From Deltaproteobacteria bacterium (GTDB lineage Bacteria; Desulfobacterota; Desulfobacteria; Desulfobacterales; B30-G6), in the NCBI GenBank assembly GCA_024639645.1, contig JAHEIB010000001.1, positions 1-47,097 of the forward strand: DNA of 47,097 nt, given 5' to 3'. Of the stretch, positions 16,337 to 25,779 are shown in pieces. The notes under the pieces were generated by a model. That model searched no databases and was not told where the DNA came from. It was given only the letters and a program-made list of their open reading frames with translations. The position numbers and the translations under genes were made by a program. Positions within the stretch are counted from its first letter, which is position 1, and each line of letters opens with the position of its first letter.

Positions 16337-18508
16337 TTAGGTTTCAATGAAACTCTTTAATTTTCGACTTCTTGTGGGATGTCTCAGTTTTCGGAGCGCC
16401 TTGGCTTCAATCTGCCGGATTCTTTCCCTCGTGACTGTAAAATCCTGACCGACTTCTTCGAGAGTATGGTCTGCTTTTTCACCAATGCCAAAACGCATAC
16501 GCAATACCTTTTCCTCTCTGGGCGTCAGTGTCGCCAGTACCTTACGGGTCTGTTCGGCCAGGTTCAAATTGACGGCCGCATCCGAGGGTAGAACAAATTT
16601 CTTGTCCTCGATAAAATCGCCCAGATGGCTGTCTTCTTCTTCTCCGATGGGTGTTTCAAGGGAGATGGGTTCTCTAGCGATCTTAAGCACCTTGCGCACC
16701 TTGTCCAGGGGGATTTCCATCTTCTCGGCAATCTCTTCGGGCTTCGGCTCTCTGCCGAGTTCCTGCACAAGGTATCGCGAAGTCCGTATAAGCTTGTTGA
16801 TAGTCTCGATCATATGGACCGGGATACGGATCGTCCTGGCCTGATCGGCAATGGCCCGTGTGATCGCCTGTCGAATCCACCAGGTGGCGTAGGTCGAAAA
16901 TTTGTATCCCCTTCGATATTCAAATTTATCGACCGCCTTCATAAGCCCGATATTACCTTCCTGTATCAAATCTAGAAACTGCAACCCTCTGTTGGTATAT
17001 TTCTTGGCAATGCTGACCACCAAACGTAAGTTGGCTTTTATCAGCTCACTTTTGGCCAGTTTTGCCCAAAAACGCCCTTCATTGACATTGGCGATGATTC
17101 GTTTCAGGGCTCTGCCGTTGGTTTTTGTCGCATCCTCTTTTTCTTCGATTTCATCGCGTATTCTGGCCAGGCTCTTATAAAGAGTCCCCAATTCATCCCG
17201 TGTCAGTGTACAATGCTTCTTCGCCCACTTTGTAAATGTCGTTTTGTTTTTCAGGTTGGCGCGAAGATCCTTGATGGGCATGCCGAAAGCTTCAGCACAT
17301 AAGGTCGTCAGTCGGTTCATCGCATCAAACCAACCGTTGAGCCTTCTCATGTCTTCCTCCATCTGGTCGATAACCGAGCCTTCCAGGCGCCAGCCTTTCA
17401 ACGATTCAAAAAGCTTGGTATTTCTGCGGGAAATACACCGCCGGATCCTGCGCTGTTTCTCCGCCGGGAGGTTGTCAGACGTAAGCTGCTCCCTGAAAAT
17501 TTTATTTTCATCGTTGATTGATTTTATCTCAGTTACCGTGACCACAAAATTCGCTATTTGAACCACTTCGTCAATAAACGTGTCGCCTTCGTCGATATCC
17601 CGCAGCACATGCTTGGGACGCAATTCGCCTTCTTTGATGTGCTCACCCAGTTTCAATATATAGTCAACTCCCATGGTGGTTTCAAGAAGCGCCTTGAGCA
17701 CATCCTGTTCACCGGCCTCAATTTTTTTGGCGATCTCAACCTCCCCTTCGCGGCTCAACAATGTAACCAGACCCATCTCACGGAGGTACATTTTTACAGG
17801 ATCTGTGACTGTGCCAAAATCGGGTAGCGCTTTCTGAGCAGCCTTGGCGGTCTTCTTTTCAGTTGTTTTAAGCTTGGCAACCTGCTTGGGAATTTTTTCC
17901 TTGTCGGTGATGGTAATTTTCATTTCATCAAACATGATCAAGGTGTTGTCAATTTGCTCAGCTGATACCTTGCCGTCGGGTATTAATTTATTGATCTCTT
18001 CGTATGTCAGAAAACCCTGTTTTTTCCCCTTGTTAATGAGTGTTTTTAGCTTTTTCTGGTTCTTGATGGCCAAGTCTTTTTTGGGTTTGGTCTTGGGGGA
18101 CCTTTGCTGCGTTTTTTTCATCTTAGGCGTTGCCTTTTTCGTTAAAGCCTTTGGTTTTTTCTTGACCGCGGACTTCTTCCCGGATGCGGTCTTTTTGTTT
18201 TTCGGCTTTACTGTTGACGCTTTTTTGGTTTTTAAACTGGCCGTTTCATTGGATGTTTTACGGGTTTTTTTCGAGCTAGAGATCTTTTTCACGGCACGTT
18301 TTCTTTTTTTCAACGAAAGCGCCGACTTCTTTTTGGGTTTTGCCGGGGCAGCTTTTTTAGTGGCTGCCTTTTTTGCTTTGACGGCCCCTTTTTTTGGTTT
18401 CTTGAGTGCTTCTTTGCTCGTACGCTTTTTTGCCTGTTCTTTCTTGGGTGTCGCTTTTGGGGTTGTCTTTTTAAGGATCTTTTTTTTGGGTTCTGTTTTT
18501 TTCACCAT
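16337..18508 (-). CDS. rpoD: RNA polymerase sigma-70 factor RpoD with long lysine-rich N-terminal extension
   Basis: Regions 1.2 to 4 are recognisable ([89 protein letters not shown]). AGGAGG RBS upstream of the ATG at 18508. Confidence 0.95.
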   Translation of the reverse strand: MVKKTEPKKKILKKTTPKATPKKEQAKKRTSKEALKKPKKGAVKAKKAATKKAAPAKPKKKSALSLKKRKRAVKKISSSKKTRKTSNETASLKTKKASTVKPKNKKTASGKKSAVKKKPKALTKKATPKMKKTQQRSPKTKPKKDLAIKNQKKLKTLINKGKKQGFLTYEEINKLIPDGKVSAEQIDNTLIMFDEMKITITDKEKIPKQVAKLKTTEKKTAKAAQKALPDFGTVTDPVKMYLREMGLVTLLSREGEVEIAKKIEAGEQDVLKALLETTMGVDYILKLGEHIKEGELRPKHVLRDIDEGDTFIDEVVQIANFVVTVTEIKSINDENKIFREQLTSDNLPAEKQRRIRRCISRRNTKLFESLKGWRLEGSVIDQMEEDMRRLNGWFDAMNRLTTLCAEAFGMPIKDLRANLKNKTTFTKWAKKHCTLTRDELGTLYKSLARIRDEIEEKEDATKTNGRALKRIIANVNEGRFWAKLAKSELIKANLRLVVSIAKKYTNRGLQFLDLIQEGNIGLMKAVDKFEYRRGYKFSTYATWWIRQAITRAIADQARTIRIPVHMIETINKLIRTSRYLVQELGREPKPEEIAEKMEIPLDKVRKVLKIAREPISLETPIGEEEDSHLGDFIEDKKFVLPSDAAVNLNLAEQTRKVLATLTPREEKVLRMRFGIGEKADHTLEEVGQDFTVTRERIRQIEAKALRKLRHPTRSRKLKSFIET

Positions 18509-18572
18509 TGAATCCAGCCTCCTGCCATCTATCTGTGGCCTGAATTGATGCGATTTTAATATCAGGACTTCT

Positions 18573-20441
18573 TCATTTGGTTAATTCCTGCTTCTGCCGC
18601 TCATTTGAAACAGCAATGTTCTGTTTTTCCTGAAGCAATTTAAATAAAAGATCCTGATTGTTATCCTTTTCTGCCGCCTTAATTTGCTCCGTCAGGGAAA
18701 CGCTGTATCGTAGCGGGCTGTTTTGGATAAACTTGGTAATAACCTTGCGACAGCCCTTCCGATTCCACATTTCTTCTCTTATAGATAACGAAGCTAATAT
18801 ATTCCTTTTTTCGTCCCCGTCAACAATGGAGATCAAATTAGATATCTGGCGATCTTTTTCATTTTTCAAGGATAGTATCAAATTCCCGAGTGATTTTAAG
18901 GTTTCGCTACCAAAGTGATCTAAAACATTATCTTGAATGATATCGGGTAAAATTTCAGGGTATTGAAGCATCATAGCAATGATCTGCCGTTCCAGCCGGG
19001 AACCGATTGTCTCTTGTCTGCCCATTTTCATAAAGGGCCGTTTGGAGTGATCATCCTGCTGAATGTGGCCTGCAGGTCGATTACGATGGGCTGCATCTGC
19101 TTTTTGCATCTCTGCCGCGGCCGCATCGACTTTTTCCCGAATATCGTATTCTTTTACACCGAGGCGTTCCCAAATCTCCTTAATATAACCGTTTCGTGCG
19201 CCCATATCTTGGATGGATGCCAGGGGTATTTTCAACGCCTCGATAATTTGCATTTTCCCTTCCACGGAAAGACCATATTTTTTCTGGGCCGATTCCATGA
19301 TAAAGGAAATAACGCTGCTTGATTTGTCAGCAAGTGCTTCAAAAGCCTCTAAGCCGTATTTCCGCATAAAAGAATCGGGGTCATGTCCCCTGGGCAACAG
19401 CATCACCCGGGCCTGCATGCCTTTTTCGATAAATATTCCCACACTCCTTAAAGACGCCTGGATACCTGCATCATCCCCATCGAACACAAGAATCACCTTT
19501 TCTGCAAAACCCTTGATCATATGAATGTGCTCAGCTGTCAGGGCTGTCCCCAGAGTTGCGCCCGCGTTTTCCACACCATATTGGTGCAGTGCCAGCAGGT
19601 CGAAATAACCTTCCACAATATAGACTGTCCGGGTTTCACGGCACATGTTTCGCGCGAGGTGAAGCCCGTAAAGTAATTTGCTTTTACTGTATACCGGTGT
19701 CTCGGGAGAATTCAGATATTTCGGCAGCGATGCGTCCAGAACCCGGCCACCAAATCCCACCACCTGCTTGTTGAGGTTGTATATGGGGAAGACAATCCGT
19801 TCCCTAAAACGATCGTAATATCCCGTGCTCGATTTCCGGGGAATCACCAACCCTGATTTTTCCATCAGGTTCATGGGTACGCGCTTGTTCTGAAGATAGT
19901 TTCGAAGTCCGTCCCATGAATCACGTGCATAACCCAGTTGAAACCTTTCGATAATCGATGGTTCCATCGCTCTCTTTTTAAGATACGCCATGGCTTTTTT
20001 ACCATAAGAATCATGCAGCAGATTCCAGTGATAGTATTCCATGGCCATACGGTTAATTGCGAGAAGCTTTTCTCTTTCACTGATCTGCTCACGCATGGCC
20101 TGAGACATTTTTCGTACCGGCAGGTCGATACCATAACGTCTCGCAAGCAGTCTTACCGCTTCGGGAAAGGAAACGCCGTCATGCCGTATGAGAAAATTAA
20201 ATACATTACCGCCGGTATTGCATCCAAAACAGTGGAAAATCTGTTTGGCTGGACTGACGGTAAAGGAAGCATCTTTTTCGGCATGAAAGGGGCAGAGACC
20301 ACTGTAATTTTTTCCTGTTTTTTTCAGCAGCACATAATCTGATACCACTTCAACAATATCTGCAGCGTTCTTGATTTCTTCAATTTTTTCTTCTGGGATA
20401 AAATTGGACAAAAAGACTGCCCCCCGTGGCAAAAAAGCCAT
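18573..20441 (-). CDS. dnaG: DNA primase
   Basis: [14 protein letters not shown]...FHCFGC zinc finger, TOPRIM region ([16 protein letters not shown]), upstream of rpoD. The start may be slightly downstream of 20441. Confidence 0.9.
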   Translation of the reverse strand: MAFLPRGAVFLSNFIPEEKIEEIKNAADIVEVVSDYVLLKKTGKNYSGLCPFHAEKDASFTVSPAKQIFHCFGCNTGGNVFNFLIRHDGVSFPEAVRLLARRYGIDLPVRKMSQAMREQISEREKLLAINRMAMEYYHWNLLHDSYGKKAMAYLKKRAMEPSIIERFQLGYARDSWDGLRNYLQNKRVPMNLMEKSGLVIPRKSSTGYYDRFRERIVFPIYNLNKQVVGFGGRVLDASLPKYLNSPETPVYSKSKLLYGLHLARNMCRETRTVYIVEGYFDLLALHQYGVENAGATLGTALTAEHIHMIKGFAEKVILVFDGDDAGIQASLRSVGIFIEKGMQARVMLLPRGHDPDSFMRKYGLEAFEALADKSSSVISFIMESAQKKYGLSVEGKMQIIEALKIPLASIQDMGARNGYIKEIWERLGVKEYDIREKVDAAAAEMQKADAAHRNRPAGHIQQDDHSKRPFMKMGRQETIGSRLERQIIAMMLQYPEILPDIIQDNVLDHFGSETLKSLGNLILSLKNEKDRQISNLISIVDGDEKRNILASLSIREEMWNRKGCRKVITKFIQNSPLRYSVSLTEQIKAAEKDNNQDLLFKLLQEKQNIAVSNERQKQELTK

Positions 20442-20551
20442 TGCAACTGGTGATATTGGCAGGATCTCATACCGTTTTCGGCAGAGAAAGGTTTTTTATT
20501 TTTAAACTTTAATTAGTATAAAAATTTAAATTTTATGTCAAGTGGAAGGTT

Positions 20552-21286
20552 TTATAGAGAGGTACCCATGGCCACGGAGATAGCCTCCGCCAGGTTCAGG
20601 CTTTCCGCATAAAGCGCTTTTCCTGTAATAACACCCATGACGCCCAAAGGCTCCAACGGAAGAAGATTTCGAATATCCTGGAGCGTCGAGACACCACCCG
20701 AGGCAACAACGGGTATGGAAATGGTTTCAGCCAGTTTTCGGGTTTCTTCGATGTTGGGACCGGTCTGCATCCCATCTCTATGAATATCGGTAAAATTAAT
20801 CGCCACCACACCCTGATCCTCGAACTGTGAGGCCAGATCCACCGCTTTTGTCTGCGTGTTCTCTGTCCAGCCCTCGATGGCCACCATGCCATTTCGCGCG
20901 TCGATACCCACCACGATCCTACCGGGAAACAGCCTGCAGGCATCCTTGACGAGCTGGGGATTGCGAATGGCTTCGGTACCGATAATGATGCGATATGCGC
21001 CCAGCTGGAGATAGGCTTCAATGGTCTTGAGGTTCCGGATACCGCCGCCCACCTGAACACGTGCATTGACGCTGTCCACAATATCCTGGATAGCTTCCTC
21101 ATTTTTGGGTCGTTTCTGGATGGCACCATCCAGATCGATAACATGGATGATGTCCACACCAAAAGCATCCCATTTCTGCGCCATGGCGGCGGGATGGTCG
21201 GAAAAGACAGTCTCGGCGTCCATCCGTCCCTGGGAAAGACGTACACATTTACCGTTTTTGATGTCTACAGCAGGAATAACAATCAT
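20552..21286 (-). CDS. hisA: ProFAR isomerase HisA
   Basis: MIVIPAVDIKNGKCVRL..., HVIDLDGA, QVGGGIR, SGGVS motifs. Confidence 0.9.
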   Translation of the reverse strand: MIVIPAVDIKNGKCVRLSQGRMDAETVFSDHPAAMAQKWDAFGVDIIHVIDLDGAIQKRPKNEEAIQDIVDSVNARVQVGGGIRNLKTIEAYLQLGAYRIIIGTEAIRNPQLVKDACRLFPGRIVVGIDARNGMVAIEGWTENTQTKAVDLASQFEDQGVVAINFTDIHRDGMQTGPNIEETRKLAETISIPVVASGGVSTLQDIRNLLPLEPLGVMGVITGKALYAESLNLAEAISVAMGTSL

Positions 21287-21942
21287 GGTTTTGGTAATGT
21301 TGATATCAGGTTTTCAAGACCTTCTGCAGCCATTTCCCTGGCTGTAATCCAACGCGCCTTTCGTTTAATAAAAATACCGAGCTTGAGAATATTCTCAGAA
21401 AGTGACTGTTGCGTTTCCTCATAAATTCCCCGCCACACAATTCGCCTGTCCGTCACTCTCACCAGAAATAGGCTGAAGGATACCGACGCCGGGGATTCAA
21501 CAGAATAGCTGGTTCCCACGCGTTCTTTGAAGTGAAAAAGATACCCCACAAGAATTGCATCCACCGCATTTGTTTCCCCGAATGTTGTAACAAGTTCGCT
21601 CATCCTGACCACCCCATTCTGATCGGCTGGCAGGTTTGCATGCATTTCATCCGTCTGATCGGAGAAGATGAACCGGTATGTCTTATCATTCATGAGAAAG
21701 CTTTTCAAGGTCTCGGTCATGAAGTCGGCAGCCGCTTCAGGTACGTTCGCGGCAACATGACGTTGATTGCAAAAAGAACATTCAACATGGATTTTGCTGC
21801 CATAAGCTGCATAAAGGTTTTGAAACGGCATGATCAGAATCGTTTCAACACCCGCCAAGGTTTTCTCCGGCGAAAAAGTTTTCTGGGGTACCGCGCAGGA
21901 TATCAAGATGAAAATGCCCACAATAAAAAAGGCAGCACGCAT
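21283..21942 (-). CDS. Putative lipoprotein of unknown function
   Basis: MRAAFFIVGIFILISC lipobox-type signal when started at 21942 (track start is 21993). The stop overlaps the hisA start by 4 nt. Confidence 0.6.
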   Translation of the reverse strand: MRAAFFIVGIFILISCAVPQKTFSPEKTLAGVETILIMPFQNLYAAYGSKIHVECSFCNQRHVAANVPEAAADFMTETLKSFLMNDKTYRFIFSDQTDEMHANLPADQNGVVRMSELVTTFGETNAVDAILVGYLFHFKERVGTSYSVESPASVSFSLFLVRVTDRRIVWRGIYEETQQSLSENILKLGIFIKRKARWITAREMAAEGLENLISTLPKP

Positions 21943-22002
21943 GGTTTTTTGCCTATATTTTTGGATAAATGCAGTCGCTTTAGAAAGCATCATTATGGGA
22001 CC

Positions 22003-22590
22003 CTACAGGGATCCTTTTGTGGAATGAACACCGGCAATACGGTCATCCAGTGAAGTGGCAACATCAAGGGCTCTACCGGCAGCTTTGAACACGGCCTCGA
22101 TCATGTGATGTTCATTTTCTCCGTATCCCACATCGATATGCAGGTTCATACCACCTCGTGTGGCAAAGGCCCTGAAAAATTCTTTGCCCAAGATGGAATA
22201 CGATTCTCCAGTCTTGGGTATATCCGAAGGCAGTCGATAAACAAGAAAAGGTCGCTTGGATAAATCCACAGCAACAGATGCAATAGCCTCATCCATGGGG
22301 GTTACGGCATATCCATAACGTTTAATTCCCTCACGCTTGCCGAGTGCCTGGTTAAAAAGCTCACCCAGCACCAGGCCGACATCTTCTATGGTATGATGAA
22401 AATCAACCTCGATATCCCCTTTGGCGCGAATGCTCAGATCAAAAAAGCCGTGGGCTGTCAGGAGGGTTAACATATGATCAAAAAAAGGTATGCCTATGGC
22501 GATATCACCGTTGCCCGTACCATCAATATTCAGTTTAGCTTCAATAAGGGTTTCGGTGGTCTTCCTAGAAAGCTCACTTTGACGATTCAT
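22003..22590 (-). CDS. hisB: Imidazoleglycerol-phosphate dehydratase
   Basis: RKTTET.I...LNIDGTG, FFDHML, HHTIED, NEHHMIEAVFKA motifs. I prefer the ATG at 22590 over 22623. Confidence 0.9.
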   Translation of the reverse strand: MNRQSELSRKTTETLIEAKLNIDGTGNGDIAIGIPFFDHMLTLLTAHGFFDLSIRAKGDIEVDFHHTIEDVGLVLGELFNQALGKREGIKRYGYAVTPMDEAIASVAVDLSKRPFLVYRLPSDIPKTGESYSILGKEFFRAFATRGGMNLHIDVGYGENEHHMIEAVFKAAGRALDVATSLDDRIAGVHSTKGSL

Positions 22591-22916
22591 AGCTCTTGTT
22601 TTCCTTGTTTTTTGATAACCCATTGAATTAATTAATCCTATAAGACATATTCACGGTTGACATCTATACCATAATCGTATAGAAATCAAGTTAAAGTTCT
22701 TAATGCTGAACTGAGCGTTTTCTATCTCGATCTGCACCAATCTCCTGCGGATTAAGGGTTTACAAAAAGCCTCGAAAGATCCACTGCTATGTCCGCGTTT
22801 TTTGCAAACCCTTCTCCATCAAGGTCTCGGCACATCTCTTCGGAAAAAAATCGCCCTGTTCAGGTTCAAGCTTGCTAAGGTGTTGACTATATCTGTCCAT
22901 AAAGAGGGGGCATCCC

Positions 22917-23246
22917 ATGAATGCCATTGAATATTCAGGCCCTGAAAGACGGAATTTTGTCCGGATCATCTACAAACCCTCTCAAAGAGCCATTTTGAAA
23001 ATAGCCTCCCATGAATTCGAAGTGCTTGATGTCAACGAATCTGGCATCCGTTTTGCCAATCCATCCAACAAGACCCTGGCAACCTTTGTTCGCGGCGTAC
23101 TGGTTTTGCTCAATGGCGATCACCTTGAGATCGATGGCAAAGTGGAATGGGTAAGAAACCCGGAAGTCGGCATGAGCCTTAATTTTGTAATTCCTCCGGA
23201 AGCTATCGAAAAAGAACAACGCTATATTATCCTTAACTGCGATTGA
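22917..23246 (+). CDS. PilZ domain protein (109 aa)
   Basis: ERRNFVRI (RxxxR) and VNESGIRF (D/NxSxxG). Confidence 0.7.
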   Translation: MNAIEYSGPERRNFVRIIYKPSQRAILKIASHEFEVLDVNESGIRFANPSNKTLATFVRGVLVLLNGDHLEIDGKVEWVRNPEVGMSLNFVIPPEAIEKEQRYIILNCD

Positions 23247-23606
23247 ATTCGCTTCGCAAATCTAGATGCCGCGACTACACCGCTGTTAGATAACCATTCT
23301 TTTTCATCCCTAACATTTCTCAACATCCCTATTTATCGTCTGCATCTCTGTTAAATCAAAATTGCTCGTGTGCTGGCTGTCATGGGTATGTTCCGCTAGA
23401 CGTTATCTGACGAAGCCTATTGGGGACCTTTATCTGACAAATGCTAAAAAAAGAGCAAGGCTGCGTCATTTAAAATCGTGCAACGATTTTATTGTGGCAT
23501 TTAGTTCATAGTTTCTGGAGAATTTTTTTGCCATGCCACGCTTCAAATGGTTTCCCACACAGCAGGTATGCACAACATATGGGTCAGTTTGGATATCTTT
23601 TCAGTG

Positions 23607-23621
23607 TGGCCCGATAATTGC
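23607..23621 (+). promoter_or_regulatory. Sigma-54 (-24/-12) promoter candidate
   Basis: TGGCCCGATAATTGC compared with consensus TGGCACG-N4-TTGC. The GG and GC elements have correct spacing and there is one mismatch. It lies about 125 nt upstream of the ATG at 23745. Confidence 0.55.
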
Positions 23622-23744
23622 TTATTGTATGCGGCAGTAAGTGTTGCCGGTTCAGCGCTCCATCACACAACATTGGTATGGCATGGCAAATGAAATAATT
23701 CTCGTTACGTTTTGCAAAATGTTCAGATCAGGAAGGTAAGATAT

Positions 23745-24164
23745 ATGCTTCGATTGGGGTCTAATCTCTTTCAAATGAGAACGGTACGTGATGATGATAT
23801 TCTTATTTCCAGACTCAGGCTGCTGATCGTTATGGCCAAAGCCTACCTTCAGGATACATCCCTTGGAAACTACAGTCTGCGCTCCATTATTCGCAATGCG
23901 GGCCAGGTCAGCTACTTTCTATCGGACTGGCACAGGTATTTGAAGGACCTTGAAAGCAATAAAAAATCTCCAGTAAATTTTGAAACCGATCACATATTTT
24001 ACCAACGCATCAAATTATTGTCGGTCATGGTAAAATCCATCGCCCAGGGAAATCCGCTGGGTATTCACCGTAAATCTGCTCTCAAGAGCAATGTCGAATA
24101 CATTTCTGAAATACTCCCCTACCTTCAGCCGTTTCACCGAACCACCCTTTCTGTGGTTAAATAA
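23745..24164 (+). CDS. Hypothetical helical protein with internal duplication
   Basis: ATG at 23745 has a GGAAGG RBS (track start 23712 is TTG). Two roughly 45 aa repeats are visible: ISRLRLLIVMAKAYLQDTSLGN... and YQRIKLLSVMVKSIAQGNPLGI... Confidence 0.5.
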   Translation: MLRLGSNLFQMRTVRDDDILISRLRLLIVMAKAYLQDTSLGNYSLRSIIRNAGQVSYFLSDWHRYLKDLESNKKSPVNFETDHIFYQRIKLLSVMVKSIAQGNPLGIHRKSALKSNVEYISEILPYLQPFHRTTLSVVK

Positions 24165-24262
24165 ACTTCCTTGGGCGGGTGATGACAAAACATCCGTCGG
24201 CTGTTTGAAGCAGGCTATAGTGCGCGTCAGGAAAACCAGAGAACTGAACTATCCAATATTCC

Positions 24263-24369
24263 TTGACTATACCGCTTGTCATAATAATGTTCCGAAAATA
24301 GGATTGCGGCATAAGGGTTTGTAGCAGAAAAACGGTCCTCAATCAGAACGTTTTTCTGACAAGCCCTAT
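24263..24369. repeat. About 107 nt structured repeat, copy 1
   Basis: Near-identical to 34979-35088, with 4 substitutions and 1 indel by eye. Confidence 0.85.
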
Positions 24370-24454
24370 CGCATTGTTGGTAAAAGAGATTTTAGTACGA
24401 TTTATTCGCTCAATAGCGCTTCGGCAAGCAATGGGGCAATGCCCTCTCGCGGTC

Positions 24455-24727
24455 TCAGTTCAATGACCGCCCCAGATTTTTCCCGATAAATATCACGCCT
24501 GGTCCCTGGGATTTGAATTCTGACAATCTGCGCTGCAGCACTTCCTGACCAAATGGGTGGATGTTGTTCAATTCCGTAGTGTTGATAAATATCTGATAAT
24601 ATCTATTTAGATTGTCTGCCAAGGCATTGACAAGCTCGGACGCTGAACTGCCATCAAAGTCGCCGGTGAGTTTGACATGGAGGGTCTCGGTGGTCTTATG
24701 CGTAAACATATGAAAATTACTTGCCAT
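24455..24727 (-). CDS. Small STAS-like protein (possible anti-sigma-factor antagonist), 90 aa
   Basis: ATG at 24727 with a GGAGAAA RBS. LHVKLTGDFDGSSASELVNAL... resembles SpoIIAA/STAS N-termini. The track extension to 24856 is unlikely. Confidence 0.5.
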   Translation of the reverse strand: MASNFHMFTHKTTETLHVKLTGDFDGSSASELVNALADNLNRYYQIFINTTELNNIHPFGQEVLQRRLSEFKSQGPGVIFIGKNLGRSLN

Positions 24728-25161
24728 GGTATTTCTCCTTTCAATGACCGTTATCCCAAATCTGTTAAACCATTCCAAGCCATCTTGACGATGAAAAGAG
24801 GTGACGTGTACATCATGTGAAAATAAGAATGCAAGAAGTGTGCACAACAAGACCATAAACTATTTTATTTGAAGCGATCGAGAGTTTTTCAAAATCGGAG
24901 AGCTTGATTGCCGCTTATTTACAGGACAATAAAGGACAGGCAATCAACGGAAGTCATGTGTGCGCTTGAAAGGGGTATTGAACCTGGCCTGCCATCTGTG
25001 TAATCAATTACATAGATATCTGATCAGCAGTGGAGGATGGGAAATGAATTACATAACCATAAGACCCTTTCACTGAAAAACAAACTATAGTGGACCTTGC
25101 CTATTTGATCGGATTTATTGGATAGAGAGAAGAGCCCGCCATAGGAAGGCGAAATAGCGAT

Positions 25162-25437
25162 TTATCGTTTCGATCGTTCGAGTTTGATGGTTACAAGATT
25201 GCGGGTGTCTGCACATTGAAGATGAATTACATCCCCATTCCACCAAGGCAAAGACCCACCAAATTGAAATGTCTGAAGACTTGGGAATATATCATGATAG
25301 AACCAGCCACATAAACCTGCCGGGTTATGACAACTTATTTCAAAGGAGTCACCAATGTTATGACCGGCGCTACAGGTACCTTCCGAGCCTGTAACCGTCG
25401 CAACAACCTTATAACCAAGCCTGGGATCTTTTGCCAT
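25162..25437 (-). CDS. TIGR04076-family small protein
   Basis: The pattern C..GH..GD.F......P.GLCGW...D......FGGSLPWW......C.D....V.IKLER matches my recollection of TIGR04076. GGAAGGAGG RBS. Confidence 0.65.
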   Translation of the reverse strand: MAKDPRLGYKVVATVTGSEGTCSAGHNIGDSFEISCHNPAGLCGWFYHDIFPSLQTFQFGGSLPWWNGDVIHLQCADTRNLVTIKLERSKR

Positions 25438-25548
25438 GCTGTTGTCCTCCTTCCATTCAATTGGACCAGGAATGAACCAAACCCTTTGAAAACATGCCTA
25501 TCCTAAATTTCGAAACGCACATTACTGTTTATAACGAATGCGAGTTAT

Positions 25549-25624
25549 TGGTGGAGATGAGGGGGCTCGAACCCCTGACCTCAGCGTTGCGAACGCTGCG
25601 CTCTCCCAGCTGAGCTACATCCCC
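25549..25624 (-). tRNA. tRNA-Ala (CGC)
   Basis: Reverse strand GGGGATGTAGCTCAGCTGGGAGAGCGCAGCGTTCGCAACGCTGAGGTCAGGGGTTCGAGCCCCCTCATCTCCACCA. The G3:U70 identity pair is present, the anticodon loop is TTCGCAA, and CCA is encoded. Confidence 0.92.
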
Positions 25625-25779
25625 ATTTTCATACCCTGTTTTGCGTTTGTTTAAGTTATTTATATGGCAGAGTCAAGCAAAATAGGATGTTGCGTAGCCC
25701 GCATATCATGCTTAGTATATCAATCTAAGTGGTTTATCATTAAACGCCAGGTCGACTAACGCTTTATTTGGAGAGCATC

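Noticed and set aside
17844-18548. Plus-strand ORF of 234 aa, Phe/Leu-rich.
   Set aside because: It is antisense to the lysine-rich (AAA/AAG) part of rpoD. The open frame is a by-product of the biased codons.
20596-21246. Minus-strand ORF of 216 aa in an alternative frame of hisA.
   Set aside because: It is fully nested in hisA, whose frame carries all conserved HisA motifs. The alternative product is Trp/Arg/Pro-rich.
24820-24840. Sigma-54-like element on the minus strand upstream of the STAS-like gene (tgtgcacacttcttgca).
   Set aside because: The TTGCA -12 element is good, but the -24 position reads GTGCAC and lacks the essential GG dinucleotide.
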